This document shows positions 61,848 through 64,000 of a stretch of 64,000 nt of DNA, piece by piece. The DNA is from Candidatus Aenigmatarchaeota archaeon (lineage in GTDB: Archaea; Aenigmatarchaeota; Aenigmatarchaeia; GW2011-AR5): the NCBI GenBank assembly GCA_016198685.1, contig JACQID010000004.1, forward strand, positions 185,208 to 249,207. Direction: 5' to 3'. Within the stretch, counting starts at the first letter, position 1. Every line of letters begins with the position of its first letter. The translations under genes were made by a program, and so were the position numbers. Under the pieces are notes generated by a model, which saw only the letters and a list, made by a program, of their open reading frames with translations, ran no database searches and was not told the DNA's origin.

Positions 61848-63050
61848 ATGGCAAAAAATTATGATGTAGTTGTAGTCGGTGGCGGTCCGGGCGGAAGCAC
61901 CTGCGCAGCTCTTTTAGGCAAGGCAGGCAAGGCAGTAGTTTTGCTTGAAAAAGCCCGCTTCCCAAGAGACAAGACCTGCGGAGACGCAATATCAGGTTCC
62001 TTGAGAGTGCAGAAAAGCCTCAACATCATAGAAAAGATGAAAGAACAGCCGCATGCTCAAATAACAGGAGTTGAATTTTCTTCTCCTGAAGGCGTCATAC
62101 TTGATATACCTTTCGGAAGCCCTGGCTTCTGCTGCAAGAGGTTTGTTTATGACAATATTGTCTTTCAGGAAGCTCTGAACAATGCCGATGTGATTCAGGA
62201 ATTTGAAGTGAGCGATCTCATAAAACAAGACGGCAAGGTTGTAGGCGTTAAAGGCAAGCACAATGATGGCAGAGAAGAAGAAATATATGCCAAGCTCGTT
62301 ATTGGCGCTGACGGCGCTTATTCTGTTGTTGCGCAGCAAACAGGATGCCTTGATCTCGATGAAAGGCATACGATAACTGCTGTGAGAGCCTATTACAAGG
62401 GCATCAAGAATTTACGCAACATGATAGAATTGCATTTTGTCAATGAAATACTTCCAGGATACTTCTGGATATTCCCTGTCGGCGATGGCGTTGCCAATGT
62501 CGGCGTTGGAATGGTGGACAGCTTCATGAAAAAGAAGAAACAAAACATGCCTAATGCGATGATGAAAATAATAAAGGAGAATGCTATTTTCAAGCAGCGT
62601 TTTGAGGGCGCAGAGCTTCAGCCAGGTTCCTTGAAAGGATGGCGTTTGCCTGTGGGCTCAAAACGCAGAACCATACACGGCGATGGCTTCATTCTTGTCG
62701 GTGATGCTGCGGCCCTTATAGATCCGTTCACAGGCGAAGGCATAGCCAATTCCATGGTATCAGGCGAGATAGCTGCCGAGTGGGCGGTCAAGGCTTTGGA
62801 GGCAGCCAACTTCTCAGGTGAATTCCTGCGAGGATACGAGGATGCGGTGTGGCAGGAGCTTGGAGGCAAAATGAAAGCATCCTACAGGCTCCAGAAAATA
62901 GGCAACATCAAGTTCCTGACAAACATGATAATAAAGAAGGCTGCAAGAAACGAACAGATAAGGAACAGCCTCAAGAGCATGGTAGAAGATATAGAACACA
63001 GGAATAACATAATCAATCCTGCCTTTTATCTGAAGCTGCTGCTGGCTTAG
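61848..63050 (+). CDS. geranylgeranyl reductase family FAD-dependent oxidoreductase
   Basis: YDVVVVGGGPGGSTCA is the FAD motif, and CGDAIS and VGDAAALIDPFTGEGI are typical GGR motifs. Confidence 0.8.
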   Translation: MAKNYDVVVVGGGPGGSTCAALLGKAGKAVVLLEKARFPRDKTCGDAISGSLRVQKSLNIIEKMKEQPHAQITGVEFSSPEGVILDIPFGSPGFCCKRFVYDNIVFQEALNNADVIQEFEVSDLIKQDGKVVGVKGKHNDGREEEIYAKLVIGADGAYSVVAQQTGCLDLDERHTITAVRAYYKGIKNLRNMIELHFVNEILPGYFWIFPVGDGVANVGVGMVDSFMKKKKQNMPNAMMKIIKENAIFKQRFEGAELQPGSLKGWRLPVGSKRRTIHGDGFILVGDAAALIDPFTGEGIANSMVSGEIAAEWAVKALEAANFSGEFLRGYEDAVWQELGGKMKASYRLQKIGNIKFLTNMIIKKAARNEQIRNSLKSMVEDIEHRNNIINPAFYLKLLLA

Positions 63051-63056
63051 AAACTC

Positions 63057-63419
63057 CTAAACCCGCGTTTTATGCCCTATTTCCCTGACTAGAAGCATTT
63101 TCTCATCCATCCATTCGCTTATGCCAACAGCTTCACCCATGCTTAGGATGCGTTTTTGGCCGGTAGGAAGAAGATCCCAACAGTGTTTGGCTTCTATATT
63201 TACTGAAAACGGAGAGTCTATGGCTTCAACTTCCAGGACATCGGGCATTCCGGCATATCCTCTTATTGCCCTCATATTTGCTATCGGTTTTCTGCCTTCA
63301 GGAGAATTGTAGAATATTGTATAGCTGTTATTTCCAGGATAGCCGCGGACTGGCGAATGCCCTATAGCGAACTTGTGAGGGCCTTCGGGCGCCCTATATT
63401 GTAAACAAGGAATATACAT
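63057..63419 (-). CDS. hypothetical protein (120 aa)
   Basis: ORF with no motif recognised. Confidence 0.35.
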   Translation of the reverse strand: MYIPCLQYRAPEGPHKFAIGHSPVRGYPGNNSYTIFYNSPEGRKPIANMRAIRGYAGMPDVLEVEAIDSPFSVNIEAKHCWDLLPTGQKRILSMGEAVGISEWMDEKMLLVREIGHKTRV

Positions 63420-63484
63420 TTCAGCCTCTTCTACTAAGTGAATAAAACATAAAAATATCTTTTCTGAAAAAAATCAGAACAAAA

Positions 63485-63766
63485 TTATTGTGCATCATGC
63501 CAGAATCGTTTGTGTATAGAAGGAAATTCCGATTTTATTTCAAGACTTAATCCGCACGATAAATCCACAGGCGCATAAATTATCCTTTTGCCTATATCAA
63601 ACGCAAATTGATTTCCGGCATAACTTAAGACTCCTGTTTGTATGCATATGTTGTGTTCTTTCTCGTTGAGTCTGCCATTATTATACAATGCTTTAGCCAC
63701 TATTTCCTTTACTTGACGTAGATCATCAATTTCCGAAGTTCCATTGGATTGGTAATCGGCCGTCAT
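63485..63766 (-). CDS. hypothetical protein (93 aa)
   Basis: ORF with no motif recognised. Confidence 0.35.
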   Translation of the reverse strand: MTADYQSNGTSEIDDLRQVKEIVAKALYNNGRLNEKEHNICIQTGVLSYAGNQFAFDIGKRIIYAPVDLSCGLSLEIKSEFPSIHKRFWHDAQ

Positions 63767-63815
63767 TTTATGCTTATACTTAAGGGGGAAAAAATAAATA
63801 TGGCTGGCTACCGGG

Positions 63816-64000
63816 TCACTTTTTCCTGTTGCGTAGCAATCCTATCACTGCCGGCAGCACGGAAAGCGCAACTATAGCAAGAACCATGACTTCAAGATTC
63901 TCGCGGACAAATGCGATGTTCCCAAGGAAATATCCAAGGGTTAGGAAAGACCCTACCCAGAGTATCGCGCCAATGACGTTATACGCAACGAAAGTTCTGT
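63816..64000 (-). CDS. DedA/SNARE-associated family membrane protein, C-terminal part (the gene continues beyond the window)
   Basis: The open frame up to the window edge ends at TGA (63816-63818). The translation ...FVAYNVIGAILWVGSFLTLGYFLGN...VLAIVALSVLPAVIGLLRNRKK resembles a DedA C-terminus. Confidence 0.5.
   Translation of the reverse strand, partial: RTFVAYNVIGAILWVGSFLTLGYFLGNIAFVRENLEVMVLAIVALSVLPAVIGLLRNRKK

Noticed and set aside
1-64000. Diversity-generating retroelement, retron, or other reverse-transcriptase-based system, plus cas genes or transposases.
   Set aside because: No ORF shows reverse-transcriptase (YxDD), Cas or DDE-transposase motifs. The only recombinase seen is the tyrosine integrase at 17846..19042.

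Overview
The window looks like an archaeal chromosome segment. The evidence is four archaeal-type tRNA genes (three with introns, and tRNA-Tyr with a C1:G72 pair), ribosomal protein L40e, RFC small subunit, NucS/EndoMS, FtsZ, geranylgeranyl reductase and 2-oxoacid:ferredoxin oxidoreductase. The small-genome, peptide/sugar-fermenting gene content would fit a DPANN-like or similar lineage, but I cannot assign taxonomy from sequence alone.

Layout:
- 0.1-4.1 kb: poorly characterised genes.
- About 4.2-19.1 kb: a putative integrative element next to tRNA-Tyr. It carries a tyrosine integrase, a Type I R-M operon (hsdM-hsdS-[DUF262/HNH]-hsdR, with hsdR split by a frameshift), a Cas4/RecB-like nuclease, tandem HTH paralogues and small zinc-ribbon genes.
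- 21.7-29.0 kb: a colinear non-oxidative pentose-phosphate and sugar cluster (rpiB, rpe, tkt, LOG-like, tal, pgi, HAD phosphatase).
- 29-50 kb: housekeeping genes (APC permease, L40e, HtpX, AK6-like kinase, transglutaminase-like protein, RFC-S, NucS, ATP-cone nuclease fusion, FtsZ, M24/M1 peptidases, Obg-like GTPase).
- 50.5-54.7 kb: an unusual two-gene operon beside tRNA-Thr(UGU), pairing a six-fold HTH-repeat protein with an SNF2 helicase/methyltransferase-like fusion. This is my best candidate for an undescribed system.
- 55-64 kb: PPC-domain protein, MscS, leucyl aminopeptidase, OFOR alpha, OFOR beta (interrupted by a LAGLIDADG intein), geranylgeranyl reductase and a partial DedA gene.

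I saw no rRNA genes and no CRISPR array. All functional calls rest on motifs read by eye, since no database search was possible.
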